Below, in pieces: positions 37,101 to 49,214 of a stretch of DNA of 64,000 nt. Source of the stretch: Minutocellus sp. GHC0000111. Lineage: Eukaryota. Positions within the stretch are counted from its first letter, which is position 1. Each line of letters starts with the position of its first letter. The notes below the pieces were generated by a model. It ran no database searches, was not told the origin of the DNA, and worked only from the letters and a program-made list of their open reading frames with translations. Where the stretch lies: assembly GCA_977018835.1 (NCBI GenBank), contig OZ361256.1:3658001-3722000 (forward strand), written 5' to 3'. The position numbers and the translations under genes are program-made.

Positions 37101-38704
37101 TCTCTCACGTCCGTATAATTTTCCATCAATTAGATTCAAAGTTCCCGTCTGAGGAAGAGCTTCCCCAAAGAGATAACGGTCCGGATCGTTGCTCATAAGC
37201 TGAAGCTCGTGAAGCACATCCTTGATAGAATGGTAAGCTTGACTTTGTTGTCGATCAATTTGGCCATCGTTATCGGCGCTACCTCGAGAATAATAGAGTT
37301 TCTGCACCAGGTTCGATATTGCATGAGGGATCCCAAATTCACTGAGAGGAGTGAGGGTTTGCCCATCATTGCTTTGGCTTCTTCCCCGCTTGGTGCGGTG
37401 GGCATCATAAGGTTCTTCCGAGGATGCTGCGAAATTAGAGAAAGATCGATCTTTTGCCGAAGAAGGCGATCCAGCATCATCTGGGATACATCCGCTGAAG
37501 TGCTGATACAAGTGTTTCCCAAGAACGGGGAATTGAGCTTGTTGGGATTCCTCGATGTTCAAGTCGTCTTTATACATTTCGCACGCTGCCTCAACCAATT
37601 TGCACGCATCTTGGACCTTTTGGATGATGTGGTCGTTCAAAACAGCACGGTCGAAAGGGCCTTTGGCGGAGAGGCTCGTAGGATGGATCGGGATGGGTTC
37701 AAAATCTTCTGCTGTGTAACATCCACTTTCCGATGTTTTTGATTTTGTTGTCGATTCCTTTTCATCTATTGGTGTGTTGGTTCCTCCGCCCTCGTCCAAA
37801 TGCTCACTGCCAGAGAAACTAAAGTCGAAAGTGCCAGAACTCCCATGACCGCCATTGGCGACAGGTTCAGTTGCTGAAACGTTGCTCGTACCATCGATGC
37901 CTAGCAAGTTATCAATTTCCGATGGATTGCCAAATAGATTCAGGTCCGGTAGGCTTAGGCATTTCTTCTCTTCTGCCGATTGCTGGTTCAAATTATGATC
38001 GGACTTGTCCGTGGGATGAGCAGTGGCAGTGGCAGTAGCAGCCGCACTAGATCTGGCACTGGAGCTTCTATATTCCAAATTATCACTGTTTTTCAGCAAT
38101 ATTACCTCCGAAGCATCGCCTGAGCCCAACCGGCCATCGACCAATCCCTTCCGGTGACAGCTGTCGATCCAATACCGTCCAATGGCTTTGCCGGAGTGCG
38201 ACCTTTTGACCGACTTGTTCTCCGCCTTTATTTCCTCTGTGATGTCCTGGCATTTCGTGAAATGGTATCCTGCATGTGACAATAAAACAAAAGCAGCGCA
38301 TAAGCAAAGAACATGTCAGCACTACTATCAGTTTATACAAACAAACACGTTTTGCAAAATCACAACGATAGATTGAACTTACGCTGCCAATTCCGAACGG
38401 CCTGATACACTTGGCCAGTGCTGGTCGGAAATGCCACCGCGCCAGTGGACCGTTCATCCACGGGCCGACAAGCGCAATGGATGCACCGAATGCCGACCTG
38501 CCCAACGTGGACCGTCCGCCTGCCTCCCTTCTTCTTGCGGTCCTCGACGTCTTCCGCCGTGGCTTGGAAGTATTCCAGTTGCCGACGTAGGAAAGCGAGG
38601 CTGTCGGATAAGTAAGTTTTATCGTTTTCGTCGGCCATCGGTATGGCTGACCCGGTACTCCTAGTACCGTCCGTGCCATTCTCAGCAAGATCGTCCCCGG
38701 CCAT
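34161..38704 (-). CDS. STAND/AAA_16-type ATPase with TPR-like C-terminus and N-terminal Cys/His domain, copy 1 (intact); intron 38270-38382
   Basis: LYGRERQ, Walker A GASGTGKS, Walker B LVIDDLQWAD, KTGGQPLF, FSHDQI..AAYSLI; N-terminal GQVGIRCIHC..VRNWQR|YHFTKC; canonical intron. Confidence 0.88.
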
Positions 38705-38967
38705 GCTCCCGCTAGTGCACGTATGTATGTATCTGATTTTTTCCTCTCTGATTTTTAGTTCACGATTATTCATTCAAATCATTCGCTCTCTCCTTGCCGT
38801 TTTTGTCACACAAAAAATGCAAACTGCCCAACCAGCTTCGGAACCAACTAGCACACACGAGCAATTGTCACCAGAACTTCTTGCAGCAGCATCCGCCAGA
38901 TGATCCCTTCCCTTTTTATCCCTGCTTTTCCGTGTCCGTGCTGCTTTCAACCTCCAAAGCAAGAAAC

Positions 38968-39111
38968 GGCTTGGAAGTATTCCAGTTGCCGACGTAGGAA
39001 AGCGAGGCTGTCGGATAAGTAAGTTTTATCGTTTTCGTCGGCCATCGGTATGCCTGATACGGTACCGCCCTCACCGATCTCAGCAAGCTGTTTTGTGTCG
39101 TGCTCGGCCAT
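38968..39111 (-). pseudogene. Truncated upstream duplicate of STAND exon 1 (also at ~46231-46374)
   Basis: 85 bp identical to 38561-38645 plus a divergent ATG-bearing 5' part. Confidence 0.75.
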
Positions 39112-39777
39112 GATGAGGCGGCAGGAATATGTATGTCTGTCTTTTTGTATTTGCTACTGACTACTGCTACTGCGATCGCTACAGTTTCATGAAATGAATG
39201 GAAGCAAAACTCTTAGCACTCAGTTGTGAAGCGGAACTGGAACAGAAATCAGAGAGTGGCGTACACTTGGAGGCGGGGCTTATGTAAAGAAAATTTTCAG
39301 AAAGCATTTCGTCAAGAAGAAACATGAAAAAGCACTCTCTAAATGTCTTACTTGAACTAATTTTACGCATCAACAATTGGGACGAGAGTGCAAGGACGTT
39401 GCATCACCAGAACCGGCCTTCGAGGAGGTCCGTGGATGATGCAATGACATTGCATGCAGTAATGCTAATATAGATAGACACGGTTTGATGCATGTTCAAT
39501 GTGGATGCCCCCCGTCCTAATTTAAGTTTCCTGCACAATGTTGGTGGTAAAATTACTACATCCGAAAAAGGAGTGGACATGTGTGGTGTGTTGTTCATGT
39601 CATCCGACGGTGAAGAAAAGTTAGGCACAATTCTTCAGTGCAATGAGCAGCCAGTTGGCAACACCGGTAGCAACATCTCCGAGATTTCCGGCGACAAACG
39701 TCCGCCACGAGAGCGTTGCCCCGGAGTCTGTCTGGACAATGAAAATGTCAGTCTGGGACACTGCTGCCCCAATCACA

Positions 39778-39965
39778 TCTTAGTTTGAAATTCCCTTTTC
39801 TCCCTCTTCCCCCCTTTGGAGGCCCAAAATGGAAAGGAAAGTGGGGAAAATACGGGAAAACAGGGGAAGTTAGGGGAAATTAGGGGAAAATGGCAGTTTT
39901 GAAGGCAGGAAAAACACGTTCCCCAGGGAAATTCCGGGGAATTCCCGGGGAAAATCAAACTAAGA
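39778..39965. mobile_element. Candidate MITE with terminal inverted repeats
   Basis: tcttagtttga..ttccc and gggaaaatcaaactaaga: 11-bp perfect IR, extendable, with interior gggaaa repeats. No unambiguous TSD. Confidence 0.55.
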
Positions 39966-41449
39966 ATAACGCAAGTGTCGGTGGGGCCATCGGTCGGTCG
40001 GTTACAAACCGTCGTAGAAACTTTGTCGGCGTCGTTTGAATGAAGTTTCCAACCGTTTCCGTTCGTTCTCTCCCCAAATCCTCCTAAGTTGTCAATGCAC
40101 ACCGCCCTGCAAGGTTCATTGACTTGCCAGATGTTCATCACATGCAGCAAGGGCGGCACCGCGTGCATTTCCAAGCCTGCCGAGCAGGTAGGTGTTGTGT
40201 GTGTGTGTTGCTGAACCTGCCTGGTGATTCTGCGCGTTGAGGCGTTGAGATGGCTTCTGAAAGGCCTTGTTTCTTTCCACGCGTCGTGAACGGCCCCGCC
40301 TCCAAGTGCACCTCTGTCGTCGCGTCGTCGCCGGGCTGAGCCTGGTCGCCGCCTTTCGCCGCGTTTCACTTCCATCCATCCAGAAGAAGGCAATGCAATT
40401 TGCGCAAGTTCAAAGACACACCCACGTCATTTCGAAGTCCATGTGTTCTCATCGGTCGAAGGACAGACAAAGTCTCAGCTCGCTCACTCGCCCTCAATCA
40501 TCTTCCTCATTCATTCCTCGAAGTGCGTGGCAGCCTTCGCTTTCAGCTTCTAACTTGCGCTTGGCCTTGTTGGTCGATCCCTCTGGCGGACGACAAACCG
40601 ATGCCCTCTTGCTTTTCTTCGTCGGAGGCTGATCAGCCTCATCGCTGCCGAGGACAGCCAGCGTCGAGGGGAGCCAGAATCTTTGGGGCCGCCTCTTGGT
40701 CGTAGTTAGTTGTCCTTCTTGGCACTGAGATAGATGGTTTCGGCAGAGCGAGCTGAATTCTGGGATCTTTCGATCCAATTTGCATTTGTGGCAGAAAATC
40801 AACCCGCAGCGCAAAAATGATTCTCCTGAGTTCTGTATCGAATCTGTATCATGTTGGCCATGGTTGTTGTTGCGCTTCAGTTTCATGGATGACGCTGACG
40901 ATGGTGACGGTAGTGATGGTATTGGTGTCCGTGTTGGCAGGGCCGATGCGGCGGAGGAGTGAGGGGGTGCCGGCGGCGCATTAGTGGAAATGCTTCGTAG
41001 TAAGATCGCGATCATTACTGCCGGGGCCATTAGCACCATGGTATTACCATGGTATCAAAGTCCATATTGCCAATATGGATGACGAGAAGACTCGGTCAAT
41101 GAAGATTGGTCCAATTTCGATGGCTTGTTCCTCCGGCCTCTTCCTCAGGTACTGAAAACAAAACAAACCAAAACATCAGGAGGCTCTTGGTCCGGCCTCG
41201 GTGCCTCCTCCTTTGCCTTGCGCGGCCGCTGGACCCGCCATGAGCTTGTTCGTATAATAATAAAAATCTCGGTGATAGAGGGCAAAAGACGACGACGGAA
41301 CGCGTACATGTACCTAGGTACTGACGTCCACCGTTACGTGCCATGGCGACGAGGCTTGCAGGTGCAAGCGCAAAATTTGATTCAATATCATATTTTATTG
41401 TACAACATTAAACTTATGCAGATGGAAACATGTTGTTGCTTTTAAATAA

Positions 41450-44400
41450 TTACATCATCGCAGCGGCCTTGCCAAGAGCGCCCCACTCAATGTAGAGTTC
41501 CCTAGCCTCTGCCATGAGGCTCATAGATGTATCGGATGTATTACCTCTGGTTTCAGCATAGTACAAGGCAGCCCTCTCAAGACAAAGCGCTTGGTCGTGT
41601 ATAAATTTGTGTTCTCTGGCCAAGCGAATTGCCACCTCGTACGCTGACTTTGCCTTCTCATGATCGCCTTTGCAATATGCTTCTTCTGACGCCAGTAGCT
41701 GCATCATGTGGCCGTAATTCCACGGGGACGCCTCGCTCCATGTCTTCATCTTTTCCATGCATGTGCCAGCAATAGCAGACCATTTATCGGCGTCCTCCCT
41801 GATACAGCAAAGTTGTGACGAGACAAGGCCGATGTGGAATGTGCCGTGAACAATGGATGCGTTTGGTAGGAAGAACATCTGGCCATACCTACTCTCAAAT
41901 TTAGCCACAACGTTGTCCACTAGTTCTGCTGCTAAATCATACTGTCTGAACAGATATGCAATATAAATTCTGATACGAGAGATTTGCATTATGAGGGAAA
42001 AGAAGTTTTTTTCTTCAGCGAGGGCCAATAATGCATCTTGGTCAGTAACATCGCCCGTCAAGGTAGACGGATTGCGACATGATGGGTCAAGAAGGTTCAG
42101 GGTGGCCTGCAGGAAAAGCTTGGTGCTGACGCTGTAATTCTTCTCTTGCTTTTTGTTCATCTCGATAATGTGACTCTGTGCTGAAGTTTTGAGAGATCGA
42201 AGTGAATCACCAAAGTAAAAGCGGCATGCAATTTCACGATTCATTGAACCGAATACCTCTTCTCTATCGCCATATTCCATTGCTGTTCGCCATGCAACCT
42301 CCAATTGGGTAAAACTTGCTTGAGCAGGGTCTTTAGGAATCATTTGAGAGTAAACATTCACATACACCTGAGGTATAGCTTCTCTTGCTTTGAATCGGTC
42401 AATCAGAGAAAGGGCGAGATGCTTATATTTGTTTCCAAGTGATAAATTCCCAGAGTTGGCGAGAAGATAGGCATAACACCCAATAGCCATAATAGAAATG
42501 TTGCAAACGACATGCTCCACGGTCAACTGTACCATCCGGCACATTGATACTGCCATTAGCTCCCTATGTGCCATGAAGGTGTACCGAGAAATCAGTGAGA
42601 GCATCTTCATTGCGAACAATGCCTTCTTATCTTGCATAACTCGAGCAAACATGATGTCCGTGGGCAAGGTCTCAAGCATGGCTCTAGTCTGATCAATGAC
42701 CATAAGGGCGGTATTTGTATCAGGATGATTAGGAAGTACAACTCCAAGCTTCTTCAGCACATCTAAACCAGTGATTGCAGCTTTGACCAAGCTGCCTCGA
42801 CTTCCTGCCGCCTGCACCAAGGAGAGATATGCCGGGAGAGTATCTTCAAATTTCTTTGCCTTATCGAATATGGCATTCGCCGTTCCCTCGACTTGATCTA
42901 ATTCACCTCCAATATTGTTTGCTTCTGAGCTTACCGAATACAAGCCAAGAGGAAGCCGATAGTCCGATCTCCAGTGATCTTCATCCAACAAGGAGATTCC
43001 CTGGGCTGAAAACATCGCCGCTGCTGTGTGGGCGAAGAAGGACATGGCTTTGTCTGCTGCTCTCAGGTACAATTCCGCTACCCGCGTCTTCTCTCCGCGA
43101 TCACTTATCAACGATAAGCCACGGCCAAACTGATCAACAATGATGAAAAAAAAGCTGTCTATATCACCAGCATTGGTCTTTGAAAGCAAAAGGCGAGCAA
43201 TTTGCACATGCAATGCGGTCTGTTCGTCAAGGCTGATGAGCGAATAGGCAGCCAATTTAATCTGATCATGACTGAACTTGTAAACAGTTGACGTCGGTGT
43301 CTGAGATTTGATTAGCAATCCATCCAGTACTGCGATGTTCAAATTATCCGTCATGGTAGGACCGCGAGAGTGATTAAACTCTTCTGGTCCGAGAAGGTCC
43401 AGCGTCTTTTTATCAAACTCGTGACCAAGGCAAGCAGCCAGCTTGAGGCTCATCAGTACCTCCTCGGAATAACGAAGCATCTTGCCCATCATGATCTCGG
43501 CGACGGTATCGGCAACTGTCTTTTCTGAAATCGTTTCGGCATCCCATTCCCACTGACGAGACGAAGCAGAATATCGAAGTAATCCCTCCTCGTAAAGCGA
43601 CTTGAGGAATTGGATGACGAAGAGAGGCTGACCGCCGGTTTTGCTGTGGATCAGACTTGCCAGAGGCCGAGCCTGAGACGGCATGATTCCAAGAGTGTCA
43701 GATATCAAGGTAGTTACACTCGACCGGTCGATGCTGTCGACATGCACATTATTCCTAGCTGTGGACGATTCTTCAATAGAACACAATGTTCTCAGCAAAG
43801 GATGGCCCTCGGCAACCTCTCTATCTCGGTAGCAGGCCACAAGAAGGAAAGACGAGATGTCGGCATCTGATGCAATGGCTTCAATGAGCGCAAGAGAAAA
43901 CCCATCCGCCCATTGTAAATCATCGATCACGAGGACAATCGGATGATCCTTGCATGATACGCACTTGATGAGGTGTCGGACACAAAAGAGAAGGCGCATG
44001 AACGCCGCCTGACCAGTGAGGTCCGGCATTTCACCTTCCGTTGAACCAATGATGGCACTAAGGCTCGGTATCAAGCTCAACAATACATTCATTTCGGAGC
44101 CAAGGGCAGATTCTAGTCGCTCCTTCGTAGCCTGAAGTTCAGGACCACCTTGGTGAACGATCTCGGAGCACAAGGTGTTGAGGGCAGAAAATATTACAGG
44201 TACTTGTTTCACCTGCTGCAACTCATCGAATTTCTCACTGAGGTAGAATCCTCCGAAACGCTCTATAGGATCACGAAGTTGCATGGCCAAGGCACTTTTG
44301 CCCGTTCCAGAGGCGCCTGTAATGCATAGGATCGAACGGCTTCCATTTAGAGATAGGTCCTGAAATGCCTCGTCCAGCTCTGATAGTTGTCTCTCACGTC

Positions 44401-45967
44401 CGTATAATTTTCCATCAATTAGATTCAAAGTTCCCGTCTGAGGAAGAGCTTCCCCAAAGAGATAACGGCTCGTGAAGCACATCCTTGATAGAATGGTAAG
44501 CTTGACTTTGTTGTCGATCAATTTGGCCATCGTTATCGGCGCTACCTCGAGAATAATAGAGTTTCTGCACCAGGTTCGATATTGCATGAGGGATCCCAAA
44601 TTCACTGAGAGGAGTGAGGGTTTGCCCATCATTGCTTTGGCTTCTTCCCCGCTTGGTGCGGTGGGCATCATAAGGTTCTTCCGAGGATGCTGCGAAATTA
44701 GAGAAAGATCGATCTTTTGCCGAAGAAGGCGATCCAGCATCATCTGGGATACATCCGCTGAAGTGCTGATACAAGTGTTTCCCAAGAACGGGGAATTGAG
44801 CTTGTTGGGATTCCTCGATGTTCAAGTCGTCTTTATACATTTCGCACGCTGCCTCAACCAATTTGCACGCATCTTGGACCTTTTGGATGATGTGGTCGTT
44901 CAAAACAGCACGGTCGAAAGGGCCTTTGGCGGAGAGGCTCGTAGGATGGATCGGGATGGGTTCAAAATCTTCTGCTGTGTAACATCCACTTTCCGATGTT
45001 TTTGATTTTGTTGTCGATTCCTTTTCATCTATTGGTGTGTTGGTTCCTCCGCCCTCGTCCAAATGCTCACTGCCAGAGAAACTAAAGTCGAAAGTGCCAG
45101 AACTCCCATGACCGCCATTGGCGACAGGTTCAGTTGCTGAAACGTTGCTCGTACCATCGATGCCTAGCAAGTTATCAATTTCCGATGGATTGCCAAATAG
45201 ATTCAGGTCCGGTAGGCTTAGGCATTTCTTCTCTTCTGCCGATTGCTGGTTCAAATTATGATCGGACTCGTCCGTGGGATGAGCAGTGGCAGTGGCAGTA
45301 GCAGCCGCACTAGATCTGGCACTGGAGCTTCTATATTCCAAATTATCACTGTTTTTCAGCAATATTACCTCCGAAGCATCGCCTGAGCCCAACCGGCCAT
45401 CGACCAATCCCTTCCGGTGACAGCTGTCGATCCAATACCGTCCAATGGCTTTGCCGGAGTGCGACCTTTTGACCGACTTGTTCTCCGCCTTTATTTCCTC
45501 TGTGATGTCCTGGCATTTCGTGAAATGGTATCCTGCATGTGACAATAAAACAAAAGCAGCGCATAAGCAAAGAACATGTCAGCACTACTATCAGTTTATA
45601 CAAACAAACACGTTTTGCAAAATCACAACGATAGATTGAACTTACGCTGCCAATTCCGAACGGCCTGATACACTTGGCCAGTGCTGGTCGGAAATGCCAC
45701 CGCGCCAGTGGACCGTTCATCCACGGGCCGACAAGCGCAATGGATGCACCGAATGCCGACCTGCCCAACGTGGACCGTCCGCCTGCCTCCCTTCTTCTTG
45801 CGGTCCTCGACTTCTTCCGCCGTGGCTTGGAAGTATTCCAGTTGCCGACGTAGGAAAGCGAGGCTGTCGGATAAGTAAGTTTTATCGTTTTCGTCGGCCA
45901 TCGGTATGGCTGACCCGGTACTCCTAGTACCGTCCGTGCCATTCTCAGCAAGATCGTCCCCGGCCAT
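41450..45967 (-). pseudogene. STAND ATPase copy 2, frameshifted by a 26-bp deletion at 44468/44469
   Basis: Lacks tccggatcgttgctcataagctgaag, which is present in copy 1 at 37180-37205. Confidence 0.88.
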
Positions 45968-46951
45968 GCTCCCGCTAGTGCACGTATGTATGTATCTGAT
46001 TTTTTCCTCTCTGATTTTTAGTTCACGATTATTCATTCAAATCATTCGCTCTCTCCTTGCCGTTTTTGTCACACAAAAAATGCAAACTGCCCAACCAGCT
46101 TCGGAACCAACTAGCACACACGAGCAATTGTCACCAGAACTTCTTGCAGCAGCATCCGCCAGATGATCCCTTCCCTTTTTATCCCTGCTTTTCCGTGTCC
46201 GTGCTGCTTTCAACCTCCAAAGCAAGAAACGGCTTGGAAGTATTCCAGTTGCCGACGTAGGAAAGCGAGGCTGTCGGATAAGTAAGTTTTATCGTTTTCG
46301 TCGGCCATCGGTATGCCTGATACGGTACCGCCCTCACCGATCTCAGCAAGCTGTTTTGTGTCGTGCTCGGCCATGATGAGGCGGCAGGAATATGTATGTC
46401 TGTCTTTTTGTATTTGCTACTGACTACTGCTACTGCGATCGCTACAGTTTCATGAAATGAATGGAAGCAAAACTCTAGCACTCAGTTGTGAAGCGGAACT
46501 GGAACAGAAATCAGAGAGTGGCGTACACTTGGAGGCGGGGCTTATGTAAAGAAAATTTCCAGAAAGCATTTCGTCAAGAAGAAACATGAAAAAGCACTCT
46601 CTAAATGTCTTACTTGAACTAATTTTACGCATCAACAATTGGGACGAGAGTGCAAGGACGTTGCATCACCAGAACCGGCCTTCGAGGAGGTCCGTGGATG
46701 ATGCAATGACATTGCATGCAGTAATGCTAATATAGATAGACACGGTTTGATGCATGTTCAATGTGGATGCCCCCCGTCCTAATTTAAGTTTCCTGCACAA
46801 TGTTGGTGGTAAAAAAATTACATCCGAAAAAGGAGTGGATGTGTGGTGTGTTGTTTGTGTCATCCGACGGTGAAGAAAAGTTAGGCACAATTCTTCAGTG
46901 CAATGAGCAGCCAGTTGGCAACACCGGTAGCAACATCTCCGAGATTTCCGG

Positions 46952-47789
46952 TTTGGCTTGTACTGGGGATGCTCTAGTGGCCACCATTGCCGGCAAGCTG
47001 GCCAGTTGGGCTGCCAGCATGCGTGGCGTCACCGGTCCGTTCGATCTCAGTGTTGTGTTCTTGGCGGCTGGTGCCGTGGTTTCTGGTTTGTTTTGGAAGG
47101 AGAACAAGGCGGTTGCGGCCGCTGCATCATCTGGCAACGATGCCAAGGGTGCCGCCAAAAAGGGCAGCATCAAGGAGGCTTTCGACATCGTTCGCGGCGA
47201 TCAGAAGCTGATGCTGGTGGGAGCCGTCCAGTCGCTGTTCGAGGCGGCCATGTATGTGTTCATTCTGCAGTGGCCAAACGCCGTCGCTGGTGCTGTCAGC
47301 GCCTACTTTGGAGAGGGTGCCATGACTCCCTTCGGTACCATCTTTTCGTGCTTCATGACGTGCAGTCTTTTTGGATCTCTCACCTTTGGCAAGCTTCTCA
47401 AGAGGAAGAACTCCATGACCGAGAGCACTGCCACCGGCATGCTTGCCGCTGCGGCTGTGTCCATGGGAGCTGGCGCCTATTTGACGGCCGGCGCCACCAC
47501 TAGCCTTGCCGGTATCATGGGAGCCCTTTGCCTGTATGAGGCATGCGTCGGCATTTATTTCCCCGCCATCGGTACCCTGAGGAGCAAATACGTGCCCGAT
47601 GACAACAAATCGGTTATTCTCAGTCTGTTCGGTATCCCTCTCAATACTCTTGTTGTTTTGGCATACTTGTTTGTGAAGCAGCTCGGCATGAGCGGTGCTC
47701 TTGGTGTGTCCTCGGCTGCTCTTGCAATCGCTACCGGATGTATGGCCAAGCTTCGTTCCATTGCCAGGAAAGAAGCTGGCGAAGCCTAG
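46952..47789 (+). pseudogene. C-terminal half of an MFSD5/MOT2-type molybdate-anion transporter, cut at the duplication boundary
   Basis: QSLFEAAMYVFILQW, FGTIFSCFM, YEACVGIYFPAIGTLRSKYVP..LFGIPLN. The N-terminal TMs are absent and the upstream sequence is duplicated STAND flank. Confidence 0.8.
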
Positions 47790-47943
47790 AGAGAGAGAGA
47801 GAGAGATAAAGCCCGAAACCTTTGCATGCAAACTACGCGCATAAGATACACGCACTCTGCTACACGTACTCTGGATGAAAGACCAACACTATCGTCTAAG
47901 CATATCTAAAATTAGCTACTACATAATCAGACATACAAAAACA

Positions 47944-48772
47944 TCAAACACTCTTTTGCTTTGGCTGTACCATGAGGGAATATCGCGATTTCAAGCACAA
48001 CGCAAGCTCAATGATTGGAAACAACACCGCATGTAGCAGTCGGTGACCGATGCTTACAGGAGCAAAGAATGACGAAGTGTCATTGTACGGATGTTTCTTC
48101 AAATGCTCCTGAATGACCTCAAGAGCCTCGGTCTTTTGCATAAGTTTCTTGATGTTGGGTTTCGATTCCATAACGTCCGCAAAGTTTTCTAAAGTCATTA
48201 CTCCCTCCATGGTCTTAGCAATATCATAAATTGCCAAATCAGCCCAGCATGGGAACGAAACTTTCGCTGTTGCAAATAGTTGCCCATCATTTTTGGCCAG
48301 CAGTTTCTCATAGCGCTCAAATTGCTGACTTAGTTCTGCATTCCACAGTATCTTGAATCGCATTGTTCTATCGATCGGCTTTCGCGGGACCATCATCATT
48401 CTTCCACCTTTCGATCGAAGAAGGCGTCGTAGTACAAATCGAGGAAATCTCTCCAACTATCAATGACCTCGTCCGATCGGAGGGCGGCAATCTCATCCTT
48501 GGGATACAACCCAGCACGACGGGCGGCATATCGCGCAATGGAACAGGATTGTCCAAAAATGACGTCATTTTCATCTGAGTTGCGATTGCTTGATGAAATG
48601 GTAAGAGTTGGCAGTTGGCCCCACGGTAGTAGACCAGCATCGCGCATGGCGGTATACTCCGAATAATTGACGAGATCATCCTGATAGTCGATGCCGCCCA
48701 CGGCGAAGATGAGCCGGGTGAGCTCGTTGCGGCCCTTGTTATCGGCAAAGTAGCTTCGTTTGAGAAGAGTCA
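47944..48772 (-). pseudogene. Glutathione S-transferase (sigma-like) with frameshift near 48405
   Basis: YF...GRNELTRLIF, LPWGQLPTL, QSCSIARYAAR, WADLAIYD; the two halves are in different frames. Confidence 0.8.
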
Positions 48773-49214
48773 TGTCCGCAGGAATTTTTAAATATTGGTG
48801 AATAAATGAAAATGAAATGAGCAGGGGGGAAAGCAGCAAATGACTTCCGTGGCGAACGCATGTTGGTGCATGCAGCAATGACGAGATCGAACACTCGTCA
48901 TGCATGATTCATTCTTTCTGACGCGACGCTCGCTCATGGCTCGGCAGGGGTACACGTACTTCCGTGGCGTACGTAGATTCCGGCGCGCTTTTTACGCGCA
49001 CAACTCAACTTCGCCGACGGAAAGCCGAAGTTTCTGCTCAAACCACGTGCTGTCCCTGCCCACACCAACACGCCGATCCGTTTTGCCTGCATACTCGACT
49101 TCCGGGTCGCAGCCTCAACCATCTTGTGCTACTTCCCTCCACCGCCCAATTTGTACGAGAACTTGGCGCCAAAATGGGCACTACCGCTCCCCGCCGTAGC
49201 GCAAGTACCACTTA

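Larger units (their letters stand above)
34161..46951. repeat. Tandem duplication: 34161-39691 vs 41450-46951
   Basis: Offset 7289 becomes 7263 after a 26-bp deletion; near-identity ends at gagatttccgg. Confidence 0.93.

Noticed and set aside
40494..40890. CHKC..NHLSQC as a BED-finger transposase fragment
   Set aside because: Short, with no catalytic domain or element ends identifiable.
47789..47805. (GA)n tract, and (TA)n at ~12447-12463
   Set aside because: Ordinary microsatellites.
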